A stretch of DNA of 64,000 nucleotides from an uncultured Spirochaetota bacterium (GCA_937873275.1 CALMRC010000051.1:1057-65056), one strand, 5' to 3'; shown: positions 40,711 to 49,190, counted from the stretch's first letter. Notes: a model not told the origin generated them from the sequence alone. Program-made: numbers and translations.

Positions 40711-41627
40711 GCCTTTTTCCCCCGGATCGAGCGCCCCAGGATCACCGAGATGATCAGGACGAAGAATACGATGTCGGCCCATTCGCGGGTTCCGCGGAAG
40801 GCCTTGAGGAAGTTTTCCGACACCCCCAGGAGCACGCTGGAGGCCAGGATGCCCGGTATGTTTCCGATCCCGGCCATGGCGATCAGGCAGAAGCTCTTCA
40901 TGGTGAAGGGGCTCCCGACGGCGGGGAAGATCGAGGACCGGGTGATGAACACGGCTCCCATGAGACCCACCATCGCGGAGGCCAACGCGAAGGTGAGGGC
41001 GTAGGCCCGGTCGACGTCGATCCCCACGATGGCGGCTCCCCGGGGGTTCTGCCCCACCGCCAGGGCGGCCTTGCCGGCCTTGGTGCGGGTCAGGAAGAGA
41101 CGGAGCCCGACGACCATGGCCACGGCGATGGCGACGAAGACGAAGTTGTATACGCCGAAGGAGAGGTCCCCGATGTCCACGGACGCGGAAACGTACTCGA
41201 AGGAGAGCTTTCGCGTCTGGGAGGTGAACAGGAGGTTCGCCGCCTGGGTCAGGAGTATGGCCAGGCCGAAGGTAAGGATGAGCTGGTTGAGCTCCGGGGC
41301 CTTCAGGGCCCGCCGGATCGTCAGCCTGTAGACCAGGAACCCGAAGGCGGCGGTCACCGCCGCGACCGGCAGGAGGGCCAGGTAGGGATCCATCCCCGAC
41401 GCCCTGCAGATCGTGTAGGTAAGGTAGGAAGCGGCCATCATGAACTCCCCGTGGGCAAGGTTCACGATGTGGACGATTCCCAGGATCAAGCCCATCGGTA
41501 TCGCGATGGACGCGTAGAGACCGGCCGCCTGCAGACCGTAGATGAGCACGGTCGGCCGCCAGACCAGTATGCCCAGGACGGCCGCCGCGAGCACCAGGCC
41601 GGCCGTCCGGTTGCGTTTGTTCGCCAT
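40707..41627 (-). CDS. livH: branched-chain amino-acid ABC transporter permease
   Basis: 306 aa, multi-TM, LivH-like. Confidence 0.85.
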   Translation of the reverse strand: MANKRNRTAGLVLAAAVLGILVWRPTVLIYGLQAAGLYASIAIPMGLILGIVHIVNLAHGEFMMAASYLTYTICRASGMDPYLALLPVAAVTAAFGFLVYRLTIRRALKAPELNQLILTFGLAILLTQAANLLFTSQTRKLSFEYVSASVDIGDLSFGVYNFVFVAIAVAMVVGLRLFLTRTKAGKAALAVGQNPRGAAIVGIDVDRAYALTFALASAMVGLMGAVFITRSSIFPAVGSPFTMKSFCLIAMAGIGNIPGILASSVLLGVSENFLKAFRGTREWADIVFFVLIISVILGRSIRGKKA

Positions 41628-41699
41628 CGGGTCCCCTTTTCTCGAGAATAGGCCGCCGGCCCCGGGGGGCCGGCGGCTCGGATCAGAGCCCGTCCTCCC

Positions 41700-42902
41700 C
41701 TACTTCCACTTGGGGAAGGGATACACGGGCTTGGCGGTCGCGGACTCGAAGGGCCAGATGACTTCCTGGCGGCCCATCTGCCACTGCAGGATCTTCTGGT
41801 TCTTCACGCCCTGGTGCTTGATGATGTTTCCGGGGGTGAAGGTGATGGTCTGGCCCAGGGGGGACTCGTACTTGGTCGCCTCGAGGGCCTTGATCAGGGC
41901 GGCGGTGTCCGTGGACCCGGCGCGCTTGATGGCGTCCGCCACGATGTAGACCGCGGAGTAGGACAGGGGAGCGAAGTAGGTGGCGGGCTCGGCCTTGAAC
42001 TTGGCCACGAAGCCGTCGTAGAACTTCTTGCTCACCGGGCTCACGTTGTTGATCGAGGGAGCCCACATACCGTAGAGCATGACGTTCTCGGACAGCCGGG
42101 AGGTCCCGAAGCCGACGGGCCATCCGGGGGGCGCTCCGAGATAGATGCCCGGGGAGAACTTCATGGCCTTGGCCTGCTCCAGCATGGGGAGGGCGTCCGC
42201 GTCGTATCCCGCCCAGAGGAAGAGATCGGGCTTGAACATCTTGGCCGCCTCGAGCATGGCGCCGTAGTCGCCGCCGCCCAGGGCCGCGCTCTTGAAGGAG
42301 GCCCCGTCGATCACGTATCGATTCCCGGCTCCGAACAGGGTCTTGGTGGCGTCCCAGGAAGCCTTCCCGAAGGCGCCTTCCTCGTAGGCCAGGAAGATCT
42401 TCTTGATCTTGATGTTCGGGAACTTCTTCTGGATCTCGTCCCAGCCCTGCACGTAGGAAGCTCCCTGGTTGTAGTCCCAGGGGTGCAGGTGGAAGTACCA
42501 GTCCGCGTCCTTGCCCAGGGCCTCCTCGACCTTGTAGCTCGCGGCGCCGGTGGAGACGACGACCTTGCCGTACTTCTTCATCGCCGGCACCTGGCCGAGG
42601 GCCACGCCGGAGGCCATTCCGCCGATGATCACGTCGACGTTGTCCACGGTGACCAGCTTCTCGATCGCCGCGGCTCCCTTGTCGGCCTTGAGCTCGTCGT
42701 CGATGACGATCAGCTCCAGCTGGCGCCCCAGGATGCCGCCGGCCTTATTGATCTCGTCCACCGCCTGCTGGGCGGCCATGCTGCCCTGCTTTCCGGTGAT
42801 GTCCGCGAGGGGCCAGGTGGCGCCGATCTTGATCGTGCCCTGGCCGAAGGCCATCGCCGCCGCCGCGATGAGGGCGAGGGCGACCAGTGTCCGTTTCATC
42901 AT
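41700..42902 (-). CDS. periplasmic amino-acid-binding protein (LivK/Leu-Ile-Val-binding family)
   Basis: Start at the tandem ATGs 42897-42902 behind GGAGG. Signal peptide is MMKRTLVALALIAAAAMAFG, with type-I PBP pattern IKIGATWPLADITG. Confidence 0.85.
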   Translation of the reverse strand: MMKRTLVALALIAAAAMAFGQGTIKIGATWPLADITGKQGSMAAQQAVDEINKAGGILGRQLELIVIDDELKADKGAAAIEKLVTVDNVDVIIGGMASGVALGQVPAMKKYGKVVVSTGAASYKVEEALGKDADWYFHLHPWDYNQGASYVQGWDEIQKKFPNIKIKKIFLAYEEGAFGKASWDATKTLFGAGNRYVIDGASFKSAALGGGDYGAMLEAAKMFKPDLFLWAGYDADALPMLEQAKAMKFSPGIYLGAPPGWPVGFGTSRLSENVMLYGMWAPSINNVSPVSKKFYDGFVAKFKAEPATYFAPLSYSAVYIVADAIKRAGSTDTAALIKALEATKYESPLGQTITFTPGNIIKHQGVKNQKILQWQMGRQEVIWPFESATAKPVYPFPKWK

Positions 42903-43012
42903 GAACCTCCTTGACCGGCGCCCGGCGGGCCCGGCGTATCGGAACACGCTATTTCGAGGCGGCGCCGACGGCGCCGCGCGGATCCCCGTACACGCTCCGG
43001 GTACAACCTCGG

Positions 43013-44032
43013 TCAGCCCGGATAGGGTCCCCACCGCACCGTCGTGGCGGCCCACACGAAGCCCAGACCCGCCCCGACCAGGACGACGTTCATTCCGTCC
43101 CGGACCTTGCCGGTCTCCAGGCCCAGTTTCAGGGAGAGGAGCTGGTCGTTTTGCCCCAGGTGGCCGTACTTCTCCAGGTAGGTCGTGCGGGTCTCCGGCA
43201 GGCCCAGTTCCGCCAGGACCGCCTGATGGGCGCTCCGCTTGAAGTGGAGGATGGCCAGGTACCCGATGTCCTTCTCGGACAGCCCGCTCTTGGCCAAGGA
43301 GTCCCGGATCACGGCGTAGAAATTCGGCATCGTGGTTTCACCCAGCTTTTTCTTGAAGGACTCCTCGTCGGGAACCGTGAAGAAGGGCCGGTCCGCGTCC
43401 CCGGGCCTCGGCGGCCAGGACCTGGAGCCCAGCACGGGCACCACGCACATCTCGGAGAACGAGCCGTCCCCCCGGAAGGCGCTGGACAGGATCGCGTTGC
43501 GCCCGGCGTTCTTCCGGAGCACGCAGGCGGCGCCCCCGGACCCGACGTCCAGCATGAACCGGGTCGTGGGCTCCCCGGGGTCGATCAGGTCGTTGTTCCG
43601 GTACCCCGAAACCAGGAGGACCGTCCCCAGGTCGTCCCGGGTAAGCATCAGGGACTTGGCCACGTCCAGGGCCGCCATCATGGACCCGCACATGGCCTCC
43701 ATGTCGAAGCTCCAGGCCCGGTCCGCCCCCAGACGGTGGGCCACCGAGAGTCCCGCCAGCCAGCAGGGGTAGTCCTTGTGCTGGGCCCCGCACCAGATCA
43801 CCAGGTCCAGATCCCCGGCGGGGACTCCCGCGTCCCGGAGCGCCTCCCGGGCGGCCCGGAACCCGAGCTCGCTGGTGGGCTCGTCCGGCCCCGCGACGGG
43901 CTTCTCGAGCACACCGAACTTGGAGGCCACCACGTCTTCGGGGAGCCCCGAAGCCGCGGCCAGGTCCGCCGCGGACATCCGTGCCGGGGGAATGTAGGTT
44001 CCGATACCCAGTATTCCGACATGATCTGGCAT
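43013..44032 (-). CDS. KAS III (FabH)-like thiolase-fold enzyme, non-canonical triad (Cys-His-His)
   Basis: Start at MPDHVGILGIGTYIPP with nucleophile context MEAMCGSM. By hand alignment to E. coli FabH, HQAN is replaced by HFKR and GNTSAAS by GHLGQND. Confidence 0.75.
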   Translation of the reverse strand: MPDHVGILGIGTYIPPARMSAADLAAASGLPEDVVASKFGVLEKPVAGPDEPTSELGFRAAREALRDAGVPAGDLDLVIWCGAQHKDYPCWLAGLSVAHRLGADRAWSFDMEAMCGSMMAALDVAKSLMLTRDDLGTVLLVSGYRNNDLIDPGEPTTRFMLDVGSGGAACVLRKNAGRNAILSSAFRGDGSFSEMCVVPVLGSRSWPPRPGDADRPFFTVPDEESFKKKLGETTMPNFYAVIRDSLAKSGLSEKDIGYLAILHFKRSAHQAVLAELGLPETRTTYLEKYGHLGQNDQLLSLKLGLETGKVRDGMNVVLVGAGLGFVWAATTVRWGPYPG

Positions 44033-44116
44033 AAGGTATGAATCACCTCTCACTTCTCTTAGTACACCCGTTTCCCGCATCCGTCAAGAAGAAAAAAGCA
44101 TACGGTTCCAGGAATC

Positions 44117-44318
44117 GACCACGGAGGTCACGGAGAGCACGGAGAAATACTCCGAATCTAGGAAGAAAGACAAGATAAGTACAGAATCCACATGATGGGA
44201 AAAAGAAATTAACCCCGCTCCACCCATGTTCCGTCCTAAGGGTTCTGTGCTGTCATTAGATCCTAGTCCTCTCCTCCTCTTCCTCCTCTTCCTCCGTGAC
44301 CTCCGTGTGCTCCGTGGT
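44117..44318. mobile_element. ~200-bp AT-rich MITE-like element with triple NNCACGGAG inverted ends (copy 1)
   Basis: Left end is GACCACGGAG GTCACGGAG AGCACGGAG and right end is CTCCGTGAC CTCCGTGTG CTCCGTGGTG. The interior is markedly AT-rich relative to its surroundings. No ORF with coding character. Confidence 0.55.
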
Positions 44319-44365
44319 GAGCCCTGCACATCCTTTTCTCGCTTGCGCCCTTCCCGGGCCGGGTG

Positions 44366-44371
44366 TATACT
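44366..44371 (+). promoter_or_regulatory. -10 box TATACT 10 nt before the TetR ATG
   Basis: GGGTGTATACTCGATTCCGAGATG, implying a very short leader or none. Confidence 0.35.
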
Positions 44372-44381
44372 CGATTCCGAG

Positions 44382-45539
44382 ATGACGCCCGAATCGGTTC
44401 TTACCGAAGCCAGAAAAGCCGCCGGCACCCGGGAGGCCCTGATATCGGCCGCCGTCCGGCTGTTTTCGCGGAAGTGGTTCGTCGTGGTGTCCGTCGCGGA
44501 GATCTGCCGGGAAGCCGGCGTCTCCAACGGCCTCTTCTACCGCTACTTCCGCAGCAAGGAAGAGATCTTCCGGCTGATCCTGGAATCGGTCCTGAAGTCC
44601 ATCGGCGACCTTCTGGCCGGGGTGCGGGATTCCCCGGCCGGGGAACGGATCCGCTCCTTCATCCGCTCCGTGGCCGACTATTCCACCGAACACCCGGACC
44701 TGGTCTCCATCTTCCGGGAGGGACAGTACCGGTTCTTCGAGTACGAGAAACGTCTGACCGGACTCTACATCGACGCGGTGTCCGGAATCCTGGGGCGGAA
44801 GGCGGAGATCCCGGAGTACCTGGCCGTGGCCTCGGGTCTCCGGTTCTGCGCGGTCCGTAGGGCCTTCCACGGCACACCCTTCGACTACGGTACGATGGAG
44901 GACATCCTGGAGGGGGGAATCTTCCGGGACGCCCCGGAACCCCGGTACGACCGGATCTTCGACGTGGTCGTCCGGCCCCTCCCCATCTCCCTGGAACAGG
45001 GAACCCGGGACCGGCTGATCAAGGCCGGCAAGAGGCTCTTCGGGGAGCGGGGATACCACGAGACCAACATCCACGACATCACCGGGAGTCTGGACCTCGC
45101 CGTGGGATCCTTCTACACCTACTTCGAAAGCAAGGAAGCCTTCTTCGCCGAGATCATCGACCTCGTGGGTCGGGAGATCCGGGGCTTCATCTCCCTCAAC
45201 CTCGACCACGGGCTCACCCGGCTGGAGCAGGAACTCCAGGGCATCTACCTCTTTTCCTTCTTCCTGACCCTGGACCCCCACTGCTATCCCATCGTCCGGG
45301 AAGCCGAGTTCGTCCTGCCCGGGGCGGTCAAGGCCTACTACGACGCCTTCCAGTCGGGGTACGAGAAGAATCTCGGGGACCTTGGAAGTCTGCACCATCC
45401 CACGGTCATCAACTACCTGATGGGCATTTCCCATTATTTCGGGATCGAGGTGGCGTTCGACGAATCGCCCCAGAACGTCCGCAACGTAGTCCGCTCCCTG
45501 GGCGCGTACCTGACCCGGGGAATGCCGGCGGCGGACTGA
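44382..45539 (+). CDS. tandem (double) TetR-family transcriptional regulator
   Basis: Start ATG 44382. The upstream ORF-track extension runs into a repeat element and is rejected. Two TetR HTH units are present: ALISAAVRLFSRKWFVVVSVAEICREAGVSNGLFYRYF and RLIKAGKRLFGERGYHETNIHDITGSLDLAVGSFYTYF. Confidence 0.8.
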   Translation: MTPESVLTEARKAAGTREALISAAVRLFSRKWFVVVSVAEICREAGVSNGLFYRYFRSKEEIFRLILESVLKSIGDLLAGVRDSPAGERIRSFIRSVADYSTEHPDLVSIFREGQYRFFEYEKRLTGLYIDAVSGILGRKAEIPEYLAVASGLRFCAVRRAFHGTPFDYGTMEDILEGGIFRDAPEPRYDRIFDVVVRPLPISLEQGTRDRLIKAGKRLFGERGYHETNIHDITGSLDLAVGSFYTYFESKEAFFAEIIDLVGREIRGFISLNLDHGLTRLEQELQGIYLFSFFLTLDPHCYPIVREAEFVLPGAVKAYYDAFQSGYEKNLGDLGSLHHPTVINYLMGISHYFGIEVAFDESPQNVRNVVRSLGAYLTRGMPAAD

Positions 45540-45568
45540 GGAACGGGAACGGAAACCAGGAGGTTCGC

Positions 45569-46579
45569 GTGGCGAAGGCCAGGATCATCGGTACGGGGAT
45601 CTACGCCCCCGGGGAACCCGTCGACAACGCCGAGCTCATGAAGCTGGCGGGTGTGGAGTTCGACGCGGCCAAACACGAGGAGAAGCTCGGGATCCGGGCG
45701 CGCCACATCGCCCGCCTTCGGGGGCTATCGGAGACCACCGCGGACTTCGCGGAACGTGCGGCCCGGGCGGCCCTTGATGAAGCGGGGCTTGATCCGCAGG
45801 ACGTGGGCCTCTTTATCGTCGGTACGGACACCCCGGAATACGTGAGCCCCGCAACCGCCATCCTGGTGCAAGGCCGGCTCCAGGGCGGGGAACGGGACAC
45901 GGCGGCCTACGACGTGGGGGCCTCCTGCGCGTCCTTCACGATCGCCCTGGACCAAGCGGCCCGGGTCCTGGCCGGGGAGCCCGGCCTGCGGTACGCCGTG
46001 GTCGTCGGGGTGTACGACATGCCCGCCCACGTCCGGCCCGGGGACGCCTTCGGGTGGTCCATCTTCGCGGACGGTGCCGGGGCGGTGGTCCTGGAGCGGG
46101 TTTCCGACGACGAACCCTCCGGCTACGTGACGGGCCGACAGCGGACCGACGGTACCCAGTGGGACTTCATCGGGGTGTACGCCGGGGGCACCCGGAAACC
46201 CGTGACCCGGGAACTCCTGGACGCCGGGCGCTACGGGCTCGAACTCCTCCAGAGGCTTCCGGGGGACCGGAACGTCAAACTCTGGCCGCCCCTGGTCCGC
46301 TCGACCCTGGAGAAGGCGGGAAAGACCCTGGAGGACCTGGACCACGTGATCTTCACCCAGATCAACCGGAGCGTCATCGAGGAGGTCATGGGCATCCTGG
46401 GCCTCCCGATGGAGAAGACCACCTGCGTGATGGACCGCTACGGGTACACGGGATCCGCCTGCGTGCCCATGGCCTTCCACCACGCGGTCCGGGAGGGCCG
46501 GATCCGCCGGGGCGACCTCGTGTGCCTGGTCGCCTCCGGGGCCGGGTTCGCGGTGGGGTCCAACCTCTTCGTGTACTGA
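45569..46579 (+). CDS. KAS III (FabH)-like thiolase-fold enzyme lacking the His/Asn of the FabH triad
   Basis: 336 aa with AGGAGG RBS and a GTG start. Nucleophile context is DVGASCASF. FabH VPHQAN aligns to IFTQIN (His->Thr) and RHGNTSAAS aligns to RYGYTGSAC (Asn->Tyr). Confidence 0.8.
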   Translation: MAKARIIGTGIYAPGEPVDNAELMKLAGVEFDAAKHEEKLGIRARHIARLRGLSETTADFAERAARAALDEAGLDPQDVGLFIVGTDTPEYVSPATAILVQGRLQGGERDTAAYDVGASCASFTIALDQAARVLAGEPGLRYAVVVGVYDMPAHVRPGDAFGWSIFADGAGAVVLERVSDDEPSGYVTGRQRTDGTQWDFIGVYAGGTRKPVTRELLDAGRYGLELLQRLPGDRNVKLWPPLVRSTLEKAGKTLEDLDHVIFTQINRSVIEEVMGILGLPMEKTTCVMDRYGYTGSACVPMAFHHAVREGRIRRGDLVCLVASGAGFAVGSNLFVY

Positions 46580-46640
46580 CAGGGCACGACCCTTGAATCG
46601 AGCGCGGCCGGCCCGAGGGTCCGGACCGCCGGGAGGAACC

Positions 46641-47951
46641 ATGAGCGACTGGAAGGAAGAATACCGCAAGCGCCTCGTCCCGATCGACGAGGCCATCCGG
46701 GTCATCAAGAGCGGGGACGACGTGGTCGTCGCACAGTGCGCCTCGGAGCCCCAGGGAACCATGTCCCGGCTCCACACCCTGGCGGACCGGGTGACGGACG
46801 TCCGGGTCTTCTCGGTCCTCACCCTGAAGCCCTACGATTTCTACGCAAAACCCGAGATGAAGGGCCACTTCGAGCTGGCCAGCTGGTTCCACGCCCCGGG
46901 TTCCCGGGAGGCCCTGAAGCGGGGCACCGGGACCGTCACCTTCGTCCCGAACATGCTTCACCGGGCGGCCACGGACCGGATCCACGCCCGGAGGCCCGAC
47001 GTCTTCATCGGGACTTGCACGCCACCGGACCGGAACGGCTTCGTCTCCCTGTCCCTCGGGATCACCTACGAGAAGGACATCCTGGAGGCGGCCTCCGCGG
47101 TCATCCTGGAGGTGAACCCCCGCCTCCCCCGGACCCTGGGGGACACCCACCTTCGGGTCACCGAGGCGACGTACTTCGTGGAGCACGACCAGGAGGTGCC
47201 CGCCCTTCCCGCGCCCCAGCCCACCGATACGGACCTGGCCATCGGAGGATACATCGCGGACCTCGTGGAAGACGGGTCCACCATCCAGCTGGGCATCGGG
47301 GGCATCCCGAACGCCGCGGCCCTGGCCCTCCGGGGCAAGAAGGACCTCGGGGTGCACACGGAGATGATGGTGGACTCCATGATGGAGCTCTACGAGATGG
47401 GGGTGATCACGAACAAGCGGAAGTCCCTGTTCAAGGACAAGTTCGTGTGCACCTTCGCCATGGGGTCCCGGGCCCTCTACGACTGGCTGGACGACAACGT
47501 GGCCGTGGAGTTCCGCCGAGGACGCTGGGTCAACGATCCCGCCGTCGTGGCCCAGAATTCCCGGATGGTCTCCATCAACACCTGCCTCATGGTGGATTTC
47601 ACGGGCCAGGTTGCCAGCGAGTCCCTGGGCACCCAGCAGTACTCGGGGACCGGGGGCCAGTCCGATACCGCCCAGGGCGCGGTTGCGGGATTCGACGGCC
47701 TGGGGAAGTCCATCATCGCCTGCTACGCCACCGCCAAGGGCGGCGCCGTCAGCACCATCGTCCCGACCCTTCCGGAGGGCACCGCCGTGACCCTGCACCG
47801 CTCCTTCGTGGACCACATCGTGACCGAGCACGGGATCGCCCGGCTCCGGGGCCGCACGGTCCGGGAGCGAACCCTCGAGCTGATCGCCGTGGCGGACCCG
47901 CGCTTCCGGGAGGAGCTCACGGCGCAGGCGAGGAAACTGGGGTATCTATAG
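46641..47951 (+). CDS. acetyl-CoA hydrolase/transferase-family protein (4-hydroxybutyrate CoA-transferase-like)
   Basis: Start ATG 46641 behind GGGAGGA. Begins MSDWKEEYRKRLVPIDEAIRVIKSGD and contains the LGIGGIPNA motif. Confidence 0.85.
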   Translation: MSDWKEEYRKRLVPIDEAIRVIKSGDDVVVAQCASEPQGTMSRLHTLADRVTDVRVFSVLTLKPYDFYAKPEMKGHFELASWFHAPGSREALKRGTGTVTFVPNMLHRAATDRIHARRPDVFIGTCTPPDRNGFVSLSLGITYEKDILEAASAVILEVNPRLPRTLGDTHLRVTEATYFVEHDQEVPALPAPQPTDTDLAIGGYIADLVEDGSTIQLGIGGIPNAAALALRGKKDLGVHTEMMVDSMMELYEMGVITNKRKSLFKDKFVCTFAMGSRALYDWLDDNVAVEFRRGRWVNDPAVVAQNSRMVSINTCLMVDFTGQVASESLGTQQYSGTGGQSDTAQGAVAGFDGLGKSIIACYATAKGGAVSTIVPTLPEGTAVTLHRSFVDHIVTEHGIARLRGRTVRERTLELIAVADPRFREELTAQARKLGYL

Positions 47952-47999
47952 GAGCGATTTGATACATCCATCCGGACCGATAGAAAGGTTAAGAGGACT

Positions 48000-48199
48000 C
48001 ACCACGGAGGACACGGAGATCACGGAGTATTTACAAAATATTGGATCAGGGAGGCTATGCAAGCTTGAAGAGACTATTGAGGCGGTAGAAAGGACATTCG
48101 AACAAAAAATCCATCCTTTTTTCCGCTTCATCTTGCGCCTCCATTCGGATCGATGGTTCAAAGACCGGCTTCCTCCGTGTGCTCCGTGATCTTCGTGGT
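48000..48199. mobile_element. ~200-bp AT-rich MITE-like element with triple NNCACGGAG inverted ends (copy 2)
   Basis: Left end is CACCACGGAG GACACGGAG ATCACGGAG and right end is CTCCGTGTG CTCCGTGAT CTTCGTGGTT. The interior is unrelated in sequence to copy 1. Confidence 0.55.
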
Positions 48200-48237
48200 T
48201 GATTCCGGAAAAACCTAGAAGCCGTCCTCGACTACGG

Positions 48238-48243
48238 TATACT
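48238..48243 (+). promoter_or_regulatory. -10 box TATACT 6 nt before tatD ATG (leaderless geometry)
   Basis: GGTATACTGTCTCCATG with no SD. Confidence 0.45.
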
Positions 48244-48249
48244 GTCTCC

Positions 48250-49008
48250 ATGCTCCGCGACGCCCACATCCACGCCCCCGAACTGGCCGAGCGGGACCCC
48301 GGCTTCCCCGACCGGTTCCGTGCCGGCGGCTACCGGGCCTGTTCCGCCGCCCACTCGGGTCCCGAGTTGGACGCCGCCCGGGCCCTCCGGGACTCGGGGC
48401 TCGACCTCCGGCTCTCCTTCGGGATCCACCCCCAGTGGACGGTCTGGACCTGGGCGGACCGCCTGGCCGAGGAGGCCCGGGACGGCCGGATCGAGGCGAT
48501 CGGGGAGGCGGGCTTCGACTTCTTCGGGGACCGCCCCGAGCGGGAACGGAATCCCGAAAACATGGCCGCCCAGCGCGCGGCCTTCGAGTACCAGCTGGGC
48601 CTGGCGGAGCGGTACGGCCTTCCCCTGGTGCTCCACGTGCGACGCGCACTGGACCTGGTCTTCGAGTACGCCCCCCGTCTCAAGCGGGTTCCCGCCGCCC
48701 TCCTCCACTCCTGGTCCGGCCCCGTCCGGGAGGCCGAGTCCTTGCTGGCCAAGGGGGTGCCGGCCTACTTCTCCTTCGGCGCCCCCATCCTGAACAGGAA
48801 CCGCAAGGCCCGGGAGTCCTGCGCCCTCCTTCCCGCGGACCGGGTCCTCCTGGAGACCGACGCCCCCTGGCAGCCCCCCCGGGGCGCGGAGTTCTGTACC
48901 CTCGAGCACCTGGCCCTAATTCGGGACGAGGCCGCCCGGCTACGGGGCATTCCGCCGGAGGCGATGGAGGAAACCTCCGCGGCGGCCTTCGAGGCGGTGT
49001 TCGGATAA
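48250..49008 (+). CDS. TatD-family metal-dependent hydrolase
   Basis: Start ATG 48250. Begins MLRDAHIHAP, with GEAGFDF, LVLHVR and LETDAPW motifs. Confidence 0.8.
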   Translation: MLRDAHIHAPELAERDPGFPDRFRAGGYRACSAAHSGPELDAARALRDSGLDLRLSFGIHPQWTVWTWADRLAEEARDGRIEAIGEAGFDFFGDRPERERNPENMAAQRAAFEYQLGLAERYGLPLVLHVRRALDLVFEYAPRLKRVPAALLHSWSGPVREAESLLAKGVPAYFSFGAPILNRNRKARESCALLPADRVLLETDAPWQPPRGAEFCTLEHLALIRDEAARLRGIPPEAMEETSAAAFEAVFG

Positions 49009-49050
49009 TCATCGGCGGGGGATGTGTATGCGAACTTCACCAAGCCCAAA

Positions 49051-49190
49051 ACACGGCCTGATTATGTGAGGTTCATATAATCCCGGCCTGCGGCAGATTA
49101 TGCGAGGATCATATAATCCCGGCCTGCGGCAGATTATCTGTAGTTCATCTAGTACCGGCCTGCGGCAGATTATGTGCAATTCATGCATGC
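49051..49190. repeat. four tandem copies of a 36-bp unit (CCGGCCTGCGGCAGATTAT-N17)
   Basis: Units start at ~49053 (lacking CGGCAG), 49083, 49119 and 49155. Copies 1-2 contain the inverted repeat GATTAT-N11-ATAATC and a TATAAT hexamer. Copies 3-4 degenerate in the 3' half. Confidence 0.8.

Noticed and set aside
44226-44381. Longer TetR start at 44226 given by the ORF track.
   Set aside because: The extra 52 codons lie inside the AT-rich CACGGAG element and translate to low-complexity sequence. ATG 44382 immediately precedes the TetR HTH and follows a TATACT box.
49051-49190. Possible CRISPR array (regularly spaced repeats).
   Set aside because: The period is only 36 bp, with a 19-bp conserved part and a 17-bp variable part. 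Variable parts are mutually similar, being degenerating copies rather than spacers. There are only four units and no cas genes. It is called a tandem repeat instead.
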